Assembly (NCBI GenBank): GCA_040954595.2
Contig: CM082590.2
Location: 4,216,001-4,280,000, forward strand
Origin: Balanoglossus misakiensis
Taxonomy: Eukaryota; Animalia; Hemichordata
DNA length: 64,000 bases
Direction: 5' to 3'
The stretch's first letter is position 1; the number at the start of each line of letters is the position of its first letter. The notes under the pieces were generated by a model. It was not told where the DNA came from and did no database searches. It worked only from the letters and a program-made list of their open reading frames with translations. Shown here in pieces: positions 13,701-26,639 of this stretch. Both the position numbers and the translations under genes were made by a program.

Positions 13701-14573
13701 AACAGCGTCACTTTGCATGGTTTATTGCTGTTCACCACTGCCTTGCACAAATGGAATTCAACTGAAACCACTCAACACAATTTATTGCAAGCAGTGTTTA
13801 GCTTTACGCACACAAAATACCTCTGCTGTTAACTATCAGCATATATAGTTTAAGTCTAAATTTTTTCTTCTCTATAAAATGGAAGTATGAATTTCATCAG
13901 CTCTTTTGTAACACAAATTGTCCATTCTTTTGTGCGTATGTGTATTGGAATGTATTAGCGTAGCGGGGGGGGGGGGCCTCCTTAAAGATTAAATACTGTT
14001 TAATCTATTGGCTTTATGGGTATAGACTTTGTCGGAAACCACTCAACACACTTAATATGTAGCACATAATGTTTGTTTAGTCTGAAGAAAAACAGTCCAC
14101 CACAATCAAGTTTCTACAAACATTTTTCAACCAGACCGCGATAAAGTCAGGAATTATCGTGAGCTACACGTCATACAGCTGTTTGGCAAAATATTGTCGC
14201 AACCATGGCCCCTTTTCAAAGCAACGGTTTCTGAGTTGCCAAACGAGGCCGTCGCTTATTTCGCATGTGTTTAATTATTCATCGGGCAATTTAAGCGCTG
14301 GCGAAACGGAACCAATCAGAACGTGCGTCTCATAAATGTATCGAAATGCAAATTTAACCGTTACTTTGCCTTTCCGATTGGTATTATTTTTTTTTCTACT
14401 GAAGATCGCTGTCCCGCGTGAGTGTTTGGTGATTGATGATGATTCCCTGTTCCATTTCGGCCTTGGTGAAAATCACAGTCTAGGAGTCGTGGAGTGACCA
14501 TGTGTAAATATATGTTCATGTGTTCGCTTATTATCCGGAGACTTCAGTGGAGTCGCTAAGGCCCAGCGGTCAA
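10175..14573 (+). repeat. Segmental duplication, copy 2
   Basis: Matches 1-4260, with an extra ~560 bp (11450-12010) and the LINE deletion. Confidence 0.9.
10799..10956 (-). pseudogene. LINE ORF2 5' remnant with ~442-bp internal deletion relative to copy 1
   Basis: Junction cttac|aaatg at 10875/10876 removes the equivalent of 703-1144. Confidence 0.85.
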
Positions 14574-14835
14574 AATGCGGTTTCAAATGCCATATCTCAA
14601 TCAATATATATAATTATATATACATGTATATACAATTTCTCATAAACGGTAAACGTAGTGCGCCCTCTTGGAACAAAGATGGGCTATTTTACTCATGTAA
14701 TTACATTCATGTTTATCTTGTTGTTAAACGTGTAGTTTTAAGGATTTGTCAAAGATTAGAAGTACTATTAAATTAATGATAGAGGTCGACTAGGCAAATG
14801 TGATTGTTGTCGTTGATGATATTCCGATCTGATGG

Positions 14836-14865
14836 TTAGGCTTAGGGTTAGGGTTAGGGTTAGGG
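14836..14865 (+). repeat. Interstitial telomeric repeat TTAGGC(TTAGGG)4
   Basis: Read directly. Confidence 0.9.
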
Positions 14866-17270
14866 TTTCAGTGGAATCGCTATAGCCCGGCTGTAAAGAG
14901 AAGACTGGGCTCGAATCAATTACAGTAGTAAATCATGACACGTTAAGTAGCTCCATGAGTATACACATGTCACTTTACGACAGTACATTACATCCGGGAC
15001 ACACTGCACTGACTACATGATCATGTGTCTGCATGGCCACGCAATTGACAATATACATACATGTAAAAATTATACCTTCAAACGTAGAACACACATGAAA
15101 CATACTTAGTGCATGTATAAAGCAAAATAAAAAAAATATATGCTTTTCCGATTAAATCGTTTTAAAAATAGAGTAGGTAGGTAGGACATTTTTTCGCCTT
15201 TTTTATTTCTCTGCCCCCCCCCCCCCCCCCCCAGGTAGTGTAGAAGAATGACGTCATAGTTATGGAGTGATTCGCGCAAATTTCATAAATTTTGCATATT
15301 TGACATCATTATTTTTACTTCCGGATTTACGCAGCTCTATCTATAATCAACAAAATATGATGAAATAGTGTAATGATTTAATAAAGTAACCGAACAATGG
15401 AGAAATACATAAACAAAGAAATTTAAAAAATCAAATATTTAGAGAGAAATAGAACGGACAGACAGCAAAAACAGACGGTCGCCATTGTCCTCTTATACAG
15501 CGCCCCAAGTGGCTAAGGGAATTGAATGAACTTACAAGCAGGGGGTACGTGTTTTTTAATGGCACAATGCGAAAAATAGTGACGTGTGAAAAATATTTAA
15601 CTGCTATCGATGGTCAGGCACGACTGAGTAGATGTTGACAATACTGTGATCTGTGATGTCACACTGACCTTGGCTCTTACTGACCCACGTACATTTTATC
15701 AATACAAGATTTTGAAACCAATTTTACAATTTCAGGCTGTCGAGTGTTGCTAAACGCCGCCTGTTAAATTCACTACTGACCGCCGCCACAGTTCACAAGC
15801 CTTGGACGTTGTGTGCGTCTCTCGTTCGTTCATGCAGTGACACGTGTGAGGGCGAGAACATTACATTAACGCTGTAGTAATGTACAGGTGAAGAGACACT
15901 TTCACCTTTCACAGGGAAGGGAAACATATGATTAGCAATGTTAAGACATTTTTAGAAAGTGCCTTTTATATGATGTAAAAGTTTAATAATTACATATAAT
16001 GCCGCTTTTTGAATCGCTAGAAATTTGAAACACAAACACACAAGCACTGGTTAAGTCATAATTGCTCGGAAAATTGAAGTTCTAAAATTTGAAAGGAGAC
16101 AATGATTGAATTGATATTTACCGGTAAAAGTCACAGCGCAGCCAGCGACTGGAGTGGAATGATTTTACTTGCTCAGTATTAAAGAAAACTTGTTCGCTGC
16201 CTTATGGGGGCGCTGCACTACACAAAGGTTTGTTGTTTACTCCAAGCTCCGGAAAATCAGCCAAATAAAAAGTTATCGGCATCCAAACTAGATCTGTTCA
16301 TACCTTGTGAGAGAGTGGGTCGATTACCACATCAGAGAAAACATAACGATAGAGTCTGAAACGGCTGCACAACTTAAGTACATTATGACGAACAATTATT
16401 CTCCGCACATACGTCATCGATAGTGTTAATTAACACCTGTGGAAAAGGCAGTTGGTGTTATCCTTCTAATGGCTTCTGTTGCACTTCATCAATCATTCTG
16501 GAGAGTACAACAGAGGATAATAAAATATTGGGATCACCACTCTTGTTTTTAAAATACAAGGCCGGGAATATAGTCTATAATTGGAGGAAACTACCAAGCT
16601 AGCATTTGTTCGCCAATGGTTTGTCGATTGGCAAAACATTATTGAATTGTATCTCAAAGTATATTGCTGTAACCATACGCTTTTATTTGACCACTGAATA
16701 TAATAATTGTATTTGACTGAGCTACAATTTCATGAAAATGACAATAGTAACATCAATTGTTCTAGCAAAGCTCAATGAAAACTTTCGGGAAGAAAAAAAA
16801 TGTGCACACATGTGCGCAGTTTACAGGTTTACATTGTGCGCGTACACACACACTGTACTCATTTGAGAAACTCATACAATTGTAACAAACATCTAGTGAT
16901 TTATCATTAAATGTACATTTTGGTGACACAAGTTGTTTCTCGTCATCTCTATGTCAGTTGAAGGATCAGTCTGGTGTCCTATACATATCAGCATTGGTGT
17001 AGCCACCCATCGCATTGGGGAACAAGTTATCGGCACATAACCATCTAAGACTTCATATTGGGTCTGTCAAAAGCATCTTTGAAGTGGAAATACTACGAAC
17101 TGTGTCACAATATGCAGTTTCTTGGCATGTTCATAGGAGTATCTCAAGACGTATATAAAATATTAGTAGGATGAGAGAGATAACACCAGTTAAAATAAAT
17201 AATATAGTGATCAGTTCAACTGCTAACTAGTTGGGCTGTTAACCAAAAACGAGCACTTTCAATTTGGATG

Positions 17271-17505
17271 CAACATGACAGCGCCCACTAGTGGCCAGAA
17301 ACACACATTCTTACTTTTAAATCGTGCATTTTGGGTTAAAAATATGAAACTTGGTACAGTTATGCATTGACCCATGACGGACATTTTCCAATATTGATCC
17401 AACATGACAGTGCCCTCTAGTGACCAGAAACATACAATAATTCTTTAAAATCGTGCACTTTGGGTTAAAAGCATGAAACTTTGTACAGTTATGCATTGAA
17501 CCATG
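17271..17505. repeat. Two-copy ~129-bp tandem repeat, each copy with a CTCF-like core
   Basis: caacatgacagcgcccactagtggccagaaac.. at 17271 and caacatgacagtgccctctagtgaccagaaac.. at 17400. Confidence 0.75.
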
Positions 17506-18561
17506 TCATTTCAAATGCGACTATACTATAAAGTGTACAAAATGCATGTATTTACGTCTGATCACATGTAGCAAGCGAAATGTTTATTTTGTTTAAACAG
17601 TAACGGCAAGCTTCTGAGAAGGATTCATTAGATTTTTTCAAATTACAAATTACATTCACAATCTATAGGTCTATAGGTTTGGTAACTGTGTTTCGGACAG
17701 TAGACATATGACTCGTTTCCAGATTTGGGAAATTATAATGTATGAAATTGAACATTTGTATGTTATTTAATTTCGCCGATTTATTATCACTGACCTCTTC
17801 AAATAGATATTTTTTTATTTTCTTGAGAAGGGACGTACATTTTTATAGGAGATTCTGACAAGGCATTGAGTGTATTGTTTTGGGTTTTGTCCATGTAGTC
17901 ACCTTTTGCGAGTACATGGATCTTTAAATCTTTTGCGATTGCCACCCTGTTGTGGTTGTTTTAGCATGACATAATAAAGAAAAAAATCGTGTCAAGGACA
18001 CAGTGGTCAAATTTAGTGATTACACAAGAAAAAAGTCTACGCCGGAACTTAAACGAAATATTTCCCTCTGTCCAAGCATTCCAAATCATTTTTTACAGTT
18101 TATCACACAGTTGTGTGTAACTCAGCTTACTGTGATCCAGGAATTTCAAAAGTTTTAACGCTGGTTCAGTAAGAATCGCTTGCAAATATTTGCATCTATC
18201 CACCTTTTCAGGTTATGCAACTCACAAAAATATGTCGAAATCACCATACCAAAAATTGGATATGCTTTTGTAGGCAGAAAAACCGGTAAATTGTGCTAAA
18301 GTTCCATGTTTGACCATATGATACCTCCTACAACTTTGTTCACATTTGCAACTTTACAGAGACCTTTGCCATACATGGTGTAAAGGCAAATTCATTACTT
18401 AAATAGGTATGTAAAACATTTGAAAATGTGTTGGCATATACTTCAGGTGCTGCATCTACTATGCAAATCAGACCACATTCAAATAACATACTAGAGGTAA
18501 AGTATAGGGGAAAGGTAGCTCTACAAAGACCATCTGAACAAATGTAGAGGAACGTAATTAA

Positions 18562-18793
18562 TTTTCTACCCTCACTTCATACATTACACAAACACAAGGG
18601 TCTCAGTTGTGTACATGTGGCCATAGTAACCTCAAATATCGCCTTGGCAATTGCCGGTCCCATGTGTACATTTTTCTACCCTCTACAGCAGTAGCTTTCA
18701 TTACATAACCACGGGGATCACAGTTGTGTACAAGTGGTTATAGTACCCTCTAATATCGCCGTGGCAAGTGACAGTTACATCTGTACATTTTTC
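18562..18793. repeat. Diverged two-copy tandem repeat (~115-120 bp)
   Basis: ttctaccctc..cagttgtgtaca..aatatcgcc..tgtacatttttc occurs twice. Confidence 0.65.
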
Positions 18794-20236
18794 AGAGACT
18801 TTCATCAGACAGACAGAATCATGAAGCCGACACTCTCAATCACACAAACTGATGCAACAGACAATCGCACCACTCCAAAAGTTATGCAAAGACAGTCAGA
18901 TAATCATTGTTTCATTATATTAATTGCAAATGGAAGAAAAAAATGTAGTGTAAAATGTAAAGTGTGGCCAACCTAAAAGAGACGTACAACAAATTTCTTG
19001 AAGAATCTGTTCTCCACACTCTAACAGGATATATTAAGAAATCTGTAGCAGTTAAATTCACTCAAGATGTTTTGGGCTCTGGAGACTCTCGATACAAGAG
19101 ATCTTCTCTTATCCTAGCTCATTGGTGTACACTTGTAGGGAGAGTTGTATTGCGGTAAGCAATATGCGATGATGTGTGTGCAACTCTTCAGCCAGTGTTT
19201 TTGCTAAAAGTTGAAGAACATTAGTACTAGTATTGAGAACCCCAGTAACATTGCAATCATCCCAAAAGAGGCCTGCTTTGATATAAACGGGGAACCCCAG
19301 CAAAATTTGGGGAACTCTGTAAGATTTTACCTGCAGTATTTTTGCTTTTTATTTCAACTACAATTTCTAGGGTGAATCCCTGAACCTTGATAGAGTACTA
19401 AGTTGTAATCGTGTGAATTATTTTTGTTGAAATTTGTAATCAGGTCTGGACTAGAATTAATTTGTCAACAATAACAATGATTACTGCACATGTACGAGAT
19501 GTTTTGGCAGGCAAAATACTGAACACTTCTGTATGATAATGGCATTAATATGAGAAGCTATGGTAGATATACACAACAGAAATATTGAAATAAATAGCCA
19601 AAAATTACAACTAATGTTCCTTTAAGTTCTGCCCTCTGAACAAAAACTTTCCAGTTGTGATGACAGGACAATTACAAAGTCACTGTCACGGTTAATTTGT
19701 TCATGTCTTTAAAGGCCAGGGATTTGATCCCTGGAATCAAGTTTGTTCAAGACTAAAAAAAAAGATTATCGCGGTGTCATTTTCTTTTGTTCTCCATTAA
19801 AATTTTCAATCAGGTGGGTAAATTTCTCGGCGTGAAACATATTCTGTAGGTATATTGTACCTTTGAGTGAAAACTGTTCAAAACCAACCAATGTTCTACA
19901 ACAGGGCTTAAAAGTGACATTAACTACACTTTTGGCGATGTTTTTAGTATTTTGGGGCTTGTGTATCAATTACCGGTATCCAATTCTATTCTATTCCCAA
20001 CATTAAGATGAAATGCCAAGTATTCTGCTTGTCAATATGTGAAATGACCATTTTTGTTGTTGACAAACGAATTCTATTCCGGTCTTAGATACATATTTCA
20101 ACAATAACTATGCTTATTATACTAGGTGATGTTGACAAACTAATTCTTTGTATTGATGGATTCCAACCAGAAAACTGTTTTGCTGTACAGAACAAAAATA
20201 CTGAAAAAGAGACCAAAAGGTATAGGTAATGAAGTT

Positions 20237-20527
20237 TTAAAGCTCTGTAATCTGTAACTTTTGATTATTGATGATACACACAGTGTGTACCTGTAGCTTA
20301 TCAACACAACCTGGTTACCTGATTAAAATCAACATTGTAATTGTTGAAAATCATGTTCAAGTCCATACTAGAATTAATGTGTTAACAGTGACAATGGTCA
20401 TTTACAAGCTGTGCTGACAATGAGCATACTTTTCGCATGGTTTGGCAGGATTCAGTTAATCAACAAGTTTATATGGAACTACAAAACTAGAGACAATAGT
20501 CATAAGTTACAGTTTGAGTCCCTTTAA
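20237..20527. mobile_element. TTAA-flanked MITE (Kolobok-like); related remnant ends at 19624
   Basis: Imperfect TIRs ttaaagctctgtaatctgtaactt / aagttacagtttgagtccctttaa. Internal actagaattaat..caatg shared with ~19450. Confidence 0.5.
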
Positions 20528-21504
20528 CTGCTACCAGAAAGGAGAGAAAATGTAAAATAATACTCTTACTGGCTTGTTTTACAGAGAACCCTGTAGTATA
20601 TAAATAAATTCAATTATACAGCTTTGATAGAAATAACAAAAAATAGTCTTATTAGTTCAGTTGGAAAACTTCAAAAAAAAATTACAGATATCCAAGAAAA
20701 TGCTAAAATGCTTTTACAATAATTGCATCATTTGACCATTGACAAACAAAAAATCTTGTCAAAGAGTTGTATGGACCTAAGATTGAGGCAAACAGTGACC
20801 TAATTTCCCTTGATCCCTTTACATCCTGAGGACTCGTCTTTCAATTACTTGATCATAATTTTAACAGGAAACTTGATATCACAAATCGTAACAAGTATGA
20901 AGCACTTATGGCTGCCTAAGTCAGATCAAGTTGTAAGTTTTAATGACTTGCCCAGGCACCGGTTATTTTAATTACCCAAATATTAATTACTTGTCACCCA
21001 ATACTGGTGCAATCTTATTTACTCTATCAAACTACCCTATGGGAAATTCATGACAGATTGCAACAAATCCCAACTTGGTAGTTAAGTGTGCCAAACCAAT
21101 GGTTGCTTCCTGTGTATTACAACTTGTAGAAAGAGGATTTTAAATTAAGTTGTGATGGAAAACAGCAACATTCCATCCATGTCTGGAAATCTGTTGAATC
21201 TGGACATTGTGTGCTCTTCATCAGCTGAATAGTGGTATGTCATTGAGAATATTAAATCAAATAGTATGTAGTTTTATTCTTTACTTTGCAAATTTTATAA
21301 CTATTCCAAATCTTGTTCATAAGTTTGCTTATACAGATCAGTTTTTGATAGGGTGAGTAAAAAGTAAATGTGTCACAGAAGTAGGTGGGATGGATGGTTT
21401 TAAAAGTGATTTTGCTGCTCTTGACAATCTTTGAGTGGCAAACCATTTTTCGTACAAATATGGGTTATGTCCTAAATATACACACCCTCATATCAGTTGC
21501 ACAC

Positions 21505-22338
21505 AATGACAAACTAATATTCACATAGTTTATGCTCCATCTACCCCATTTTTTTCAAAGATGGTTTTCAGATTACTACATGTAATTAAAGCTTTCAACA
21601 TTTCAGCTGCATTTTTCAAGATTATTTTCACATTCTTTTACTATTGTAACCAATGTAAATAGGAGCAATGCTTAAAGGCACAGTTGCTGTAACTCTTGAT
21701 GTTTATTTCAATATTTTTGTTCTGTTCAAACACTGCTATTTCTAGTTCTACTCACTAAAATATGCTTAAGTGCCCAGTATTGAGCTTCCCAACAAAGTAT
21801 ATATGCTTGTAAAGTACCATGTTATTGATGACATTTTACTTTTAGTCCGCACTTAAAGTCAGTTGTCAACAATAACATTGCTGATTATTGTATATTAATT
21901 GTGGGGACAAGCTGAATACTTGCATTATCAACATGATGTAGGAGGTAGAACAAGACACTGTACGTGACACACAGCACAAAAATAGTTAAACAATTATCAA
22001 AAGTAATGTGCCGTTAAAGTACGAGATCAACATTGAATAGTTACTGGATATACCATTTGAAAATCATACAATCCATTTGTCTGACTTTAATGCTTAGTGC
22101 GGGGATGACACTTGTGAAATCAGAAACACCTTTGTTTGGCTATTTAACCGCTTCTTTTAGAAGCAAGGATGTGGTAAAAATGGTCTTATGCACTGAATTC
22201 TTTGCTACGCGAATCAGTGCGCCAGATACTGATACCGAATTTGAATTGCAGCCACATTTCTTTTCTCCAACATTGTATACTCACCAATATGGAGCATTGT
22301 TATGTGTCTTTTTATTCACATTATTGATGGTGTGAAGA
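21505..22338 (+). repeat. ~835-bp direct duplication, copy 1
   Basis: Near-identical to 23387-24224 (ORFs 22033 and 23877 are paired). Confidence 0.92.
21672..22017. mobile_element. TTAA-flanked MITE (Kolobok-like); duplicated at 23553-23872
   Basis: Ends ttaaaggcaca.. / ..tgtgccgttaa. ctgtaact subterminal motif shared with the 20237 element. Confidence 0.5.
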
Positions 22339-23394
22339 AAAAAATCATGCGTTATAGCTCATGAAAATCATCCAAAAATGACAATTTTTCCACATTACGA
22401 AAGTTTAAAATTTCTTCATTTTTTGAAAAAAATCATGGGTTATAGGTCACGAAAATCACCGAAAAATGACACTTTTTCGAGTTTGCGAAAGTTCAAAATT
22501 TCGTCAAGGGTTATAGGTCACGAAAATCACCGAAAAATGACACTTTTTCGACTTTGCGAAAGTTCAAAATTTCTTCATTTTTTGAAGAAAAATCATGAGT
22601 TATAGCTCATGAAAATCGTCCAAAAATGACAATTTTTCGACTTTACGAAAGTTCAAAATTTCTTCATTTTTTGAAGAAAATCATGGGTTATAGCTCTTGA
22701 AAATCATCCAAAAATAACAATTTTTCGACTTTGCGAAAGTTCAAAATTTCTTCGTTTTCTTGCAAAAAATCATGGAAACCATCAAAAAATTACAATTTTT
22801 CGACTTTGCGAATATTCAAAATTTCTTCGCTTTTTTGAAAAAAATCATGGGTTATAGCTCATGAAAACCATCAAAAAATTACAATTTTTCGACTTTACGA
22901 ATATTCAAAATTTCTTCGCTTTTTTGAAAAAAATCATGGGTTATAGCTCATGAAAATCATCCAAAAATTACAATTTTTCCACATTGCGAAAGTTCAAAAT
23001 TTTTGAAGAAAAAAATCATGCGTTATAGCTCATGAAAATCATCCAAAAATGAAAATTTTTCGGCTTTACGAAATTCGAAATTTCTTCATTTTTTTTAAGA
23101 AAATCAAAGATTACAGCTCATGAAAATCGTCCAAAAATGACAATTTTACGACTTTACGAAAGTTCATAATTTCTATATTTTTTGTAAAAAAATCATGGGT
23201 CATGAAAATCACCCAAATCTTTCGACTTTGAAAAAGTCCAAAATTGATTCATTTCTTGAAAAAAATCATGGGTTATTTAGCTCATGAAAACCATCCTAAA
23301 ATAACAAATTTTCGACTTTGCAAAGTTCAAAATTTCTTCATTTTTTGAAGAAAATCATGGATTACAGCTTATGAAAATCGTCCAAAAATGACAA
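22333..23394 (+). repeat. ~88-bp A/T-tract satellite, ~12 copies
   Basis: Monomer aaaatcatgggttatagctcatgaaaatcatccaaaaatgacaatttttcgactttgcgaaagttcaaaatttcttcattttttg. Marker spacing 88-89 bp. Confidence 0.92.
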
Positions 23395-24224
23395 ACTAAT
23401 ATTCACATAGTTTATGCTCCATCTACCCCATGTTTTCAAAGATGGTTTTCAGATTACTACATGTAATTAAAGCTTTCAACATTTCAGCTGCATTTTTCAA
23501 GATTATTTTCACATTCTTTTACTATTGTTACCAATGTAAATAGGAGCAATGCTTAAAGGCACAGTTGCTGTAACTCTTGATGTTTATTTCAATATTTTTG
23601 TTCTGTTCAAACACTGCTATTTCTAGTTCTACTCACTAAAATATGCTTAAGTGCCCAGTATTGAGCTTCCCAACAAAGTATATATGCTTGTAAAGTGCCA
23701 TGTTATTAACGACATTTTACTTTTAGTCCGCACTTAAAGTCAGTTGTCAACAATAACATTGACAAGCTGAATACTTGCATTATCAACATGATGTAGGAGG
23801 TAGAACAAGACACTGTAGGTGACACACAGCACAAAAATAGTTAAACAATTATCAAAAGTAATGTGCCGTTAAAAGTATGAGATCAACATTGAATAGTTAC
23901 TGGATATGCCATTTGAAAATCATACAATCCATTTGTCTGACTTTAATGATTGGTGCGGGGATGACACTTGTGAAATCAGAAACACCTTTGTTTGGCTATT
24001 TAACCGCTTCTTTTAGAAGCAAGGATGTGGTAAAAATGGTCTTATGCACTGAATTCTTTGCTACGCGAATCAGTGCGCCAGATACTGATACCGAATTTGA
24101 ATTGCAGACTCATTACTTTTCTCGAACATTGTATACTCACCAATATGGAGCATTGTTATTGTGCTTTTTATTTACAGTACACTGTACAAATCAAGTTACA
24201 AGTACAATATTGATGATGTGAAGA
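23387..24224 (+). repeat. ~835-bp direct duplication, copy 2
   Basis: See 21505-22338. Confidence 0.92.
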
Positions 24225-24247
24225 TCTTTATAGTGATATTTTTGCAT

Positions 24248-24388
24248 TAAGGGAGGGTCATAAATTTTTGTGCTCACGTTTGGGGGGAGGGCCATATTTT
24301 TTCTGAGTCCGTAACTTGGGGAGGGTCCTTAATTTCTGGCCATTGCTTTCTTCAATTCCCCTCCTGGTAATTTACGTCCAGTCCCTTA
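24248..24388. mobile_element. Small MITE remnant with GGGAGGG(T/C)C internal repeats
   Basis: Ends taaggga / tccctta. Three gggaggg motifs inside. Confidence 0.45.
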
Positions 24389-25079
24389 CTTGTAATTGTC
24401 TTTGTTTGCAGGCCAGAATGTTTTACTACCACACATAAATCTACCCTAATCGATTATTCATAAAGTACAACGTTTTTGGAACTACTGTCGACATTGTAAA
24501 AGCCCTAGCTAGTAACTTGGGGGTGAAACAAGGCAACTCTCAGTAGCTCCTGGGAACAGTTCAATTTCATTGTCATATCATTACATGTGCTGGGGTCCAG
24601 TGAAATGAATGGGTCTCATGAACGTTCCCCAATTCATGACTCATCACCAAGGTCCTTGGAAAGAAGCACATTTTAAAACAGGCACCTGGTCAGGTCTTTT
24701 GCTTTGTCAACTTTGGACAAGCTTTAGCCTTGCATGCCCTGTAAGTCACAATGCACATTAGACATCAACATATCTTTAGAACATGGTGAATTTTACACGG
24801 TGTGTAGGTTATATTATTGACTGCTACAATATTTTCAGTGTTTTTGCTGTAAAATGAATCCAGACAGCTGGCAGTTGAAACACTACTGAACAAACAGCTT
24901 CATGTCAATGTAATCCAGACATTATCACTGAAGATGTGCGAACGAGCGAAGACATTCAGGAGACTCCTCTGTGCAAACATTGTCCTTGGCTACCAGCTGT
25001 GAAGTGATATGATAGAATTGTACCACATCAACTAGCAAGGCCCTGTACTGTAAGATGTTAAGTGTTACATTTTTTGTGT

Positions 25080-25520
25080 ATACCAGTGGGACCTTTTGTA
25101 TAGACGTATGGACGGATAGATGGATGTATGTGTACACATCAAAAACTTGAAAACCGTTGCGCCAATAACCTTGATATTTGGTGTGTAGATGCATGCTAGG
25201 CTGTAGATGGGAGTTTGTTCAAACGAATTTTTCATTGCCAGAAATATGCAAATTAGCCGGGAAAAACCTTAATTTGGTCAAAACTCAGACACTCAACAAC
25301 TCCTGGTCATATTGATTTGAAAAATGGTATGATAGTACCTTATATTAGCCTTACACATTCTGTATGTTTTAATCTAATAGTGTGAATTTTCTACTTTTTA
25401 TGCATTTTTTGTCTTTTTCCACATTTTTGGTAAAAAATCTACTTTTCTGGAATTGATCAGCCGACTTCTGTGAAATTTGGTATGGAGCTTTATATAGGTG
25501 ATCTGAGTTACATGATGGAT
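25080..25520 (-). mobile_element. Degenerate HINE/pearl-like element remnant, opposite orientation to the 44-62 kb copies
   Basis: Degenerate tetranucleotide tract ggacggatagatggatgtatg, followed by atatgcaaattag, the exact reverse complement of the HINE core motif ctaatttgcatat. Confidence 0.35.
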
Positions 25521-25987
25521 ACCAACATAATATCACATATTGCCACCAGTCAAATATGTTGAAAACAGTGTCATATTTGCTACAGAAATAGATCCTACTG
25601 TATCCTTCATCACCCCATTAGGGAACATGTATTCAAAGCATAGTAAGTTTCCACAGCGAAAATAGCAGCAGTAAACGTCACATTGCGTGATTAACAATGC
25701 AAAGTTAGATAATTTAACACGATAGTCAAAGGCTGACATTTCTCACTGTGTGTGACCAGGGTATCATTTTAAACACAGACTGGACTTTGACTACTGTGTC
25801 CAAATGAAAAGATACATCTGCGTTTAAGTCAAATTGCAATCTTTCATATGACCTGCCTGGTTAAAGTTTACCGCCAACATTTCACCATGCTTCACCCACC
25901 GGTGGCACAGTCTGTCAAATCCAATATTTGACACAGTGAATGAACCTTGTAAGTTTCCCGATCGGTACTACCCAAAAACCTCACAGC

Positions 25988-26620
25988 AAGCTAAATTTGG
26001 AATTAGGATGGGGTACGTGGGGAGGTAAAGCTAACCTAACATATTTGTTTAGATTTAACATTATGCCTGTGAGTTACATGTTAATATTTTCTGCATGTCT
26101 GTCACGTACAATGCGTTGATGCGCGAAAATGATCACAGGTACCATTCCGAAGAATTCCACTGAATCATGATGACAATGTGCATGGAAAAATCCTGATTAT
26201 AATCTATCTGAGAAACAATAGCATGTTATTCATAAAATATACACATTAACCAATGAATGAACCATCATGATGTATAACCCAACACTTATTTAAGCTTTTA
26301 TCATTATTATACCTTTGTCATTACTATAGATATCAACAGCCCTGTTCACCAAAGCTATCACCACATTTGTTAACCTTATTACACCATTCATATGAAACCC
26401 TTCACCATCATCAACCTCTATTATATTCATTGTTTTTTGCCCATTATAATCTGTGTACACTCAATTTTACCACAAACCATCACCACATTAAGTTAACTGT
26501 TTATTAAACACTTCCACATGTGATGCCCATTATTATACCATTGAAATTTGTAAACCGATCATCATACCTATCATACAAGCAATTGCTGATTGCTGTTAAC
26601 CCTTGTGTACCACAAGCCAT
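25988..26620 (+). repeat. Diverged direct repeat, also at 40536-41260
   Basis: aagctaaatttggaatt.ggatgggg..aagctaacctaacat..ttttctgcatgtctgtc.cgtacaatg..aaccaatgaatgaacca at both sites. Confidence 0.8.
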
Positions 26621-26639
26621 TATCGTGAAATAGGCAACA

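Noticed and set aside
18796-19160. Possible exon (tttttcag ... gtaagc)
   Set aside because: No continuous ORF, recognisable protein or partner exons. Such splice-like words occur by chance.
22333-23394. CENP-B box in the 88-bp satellite
   Set aside because: TTCG is present but the required A..CGGG positions are absent.
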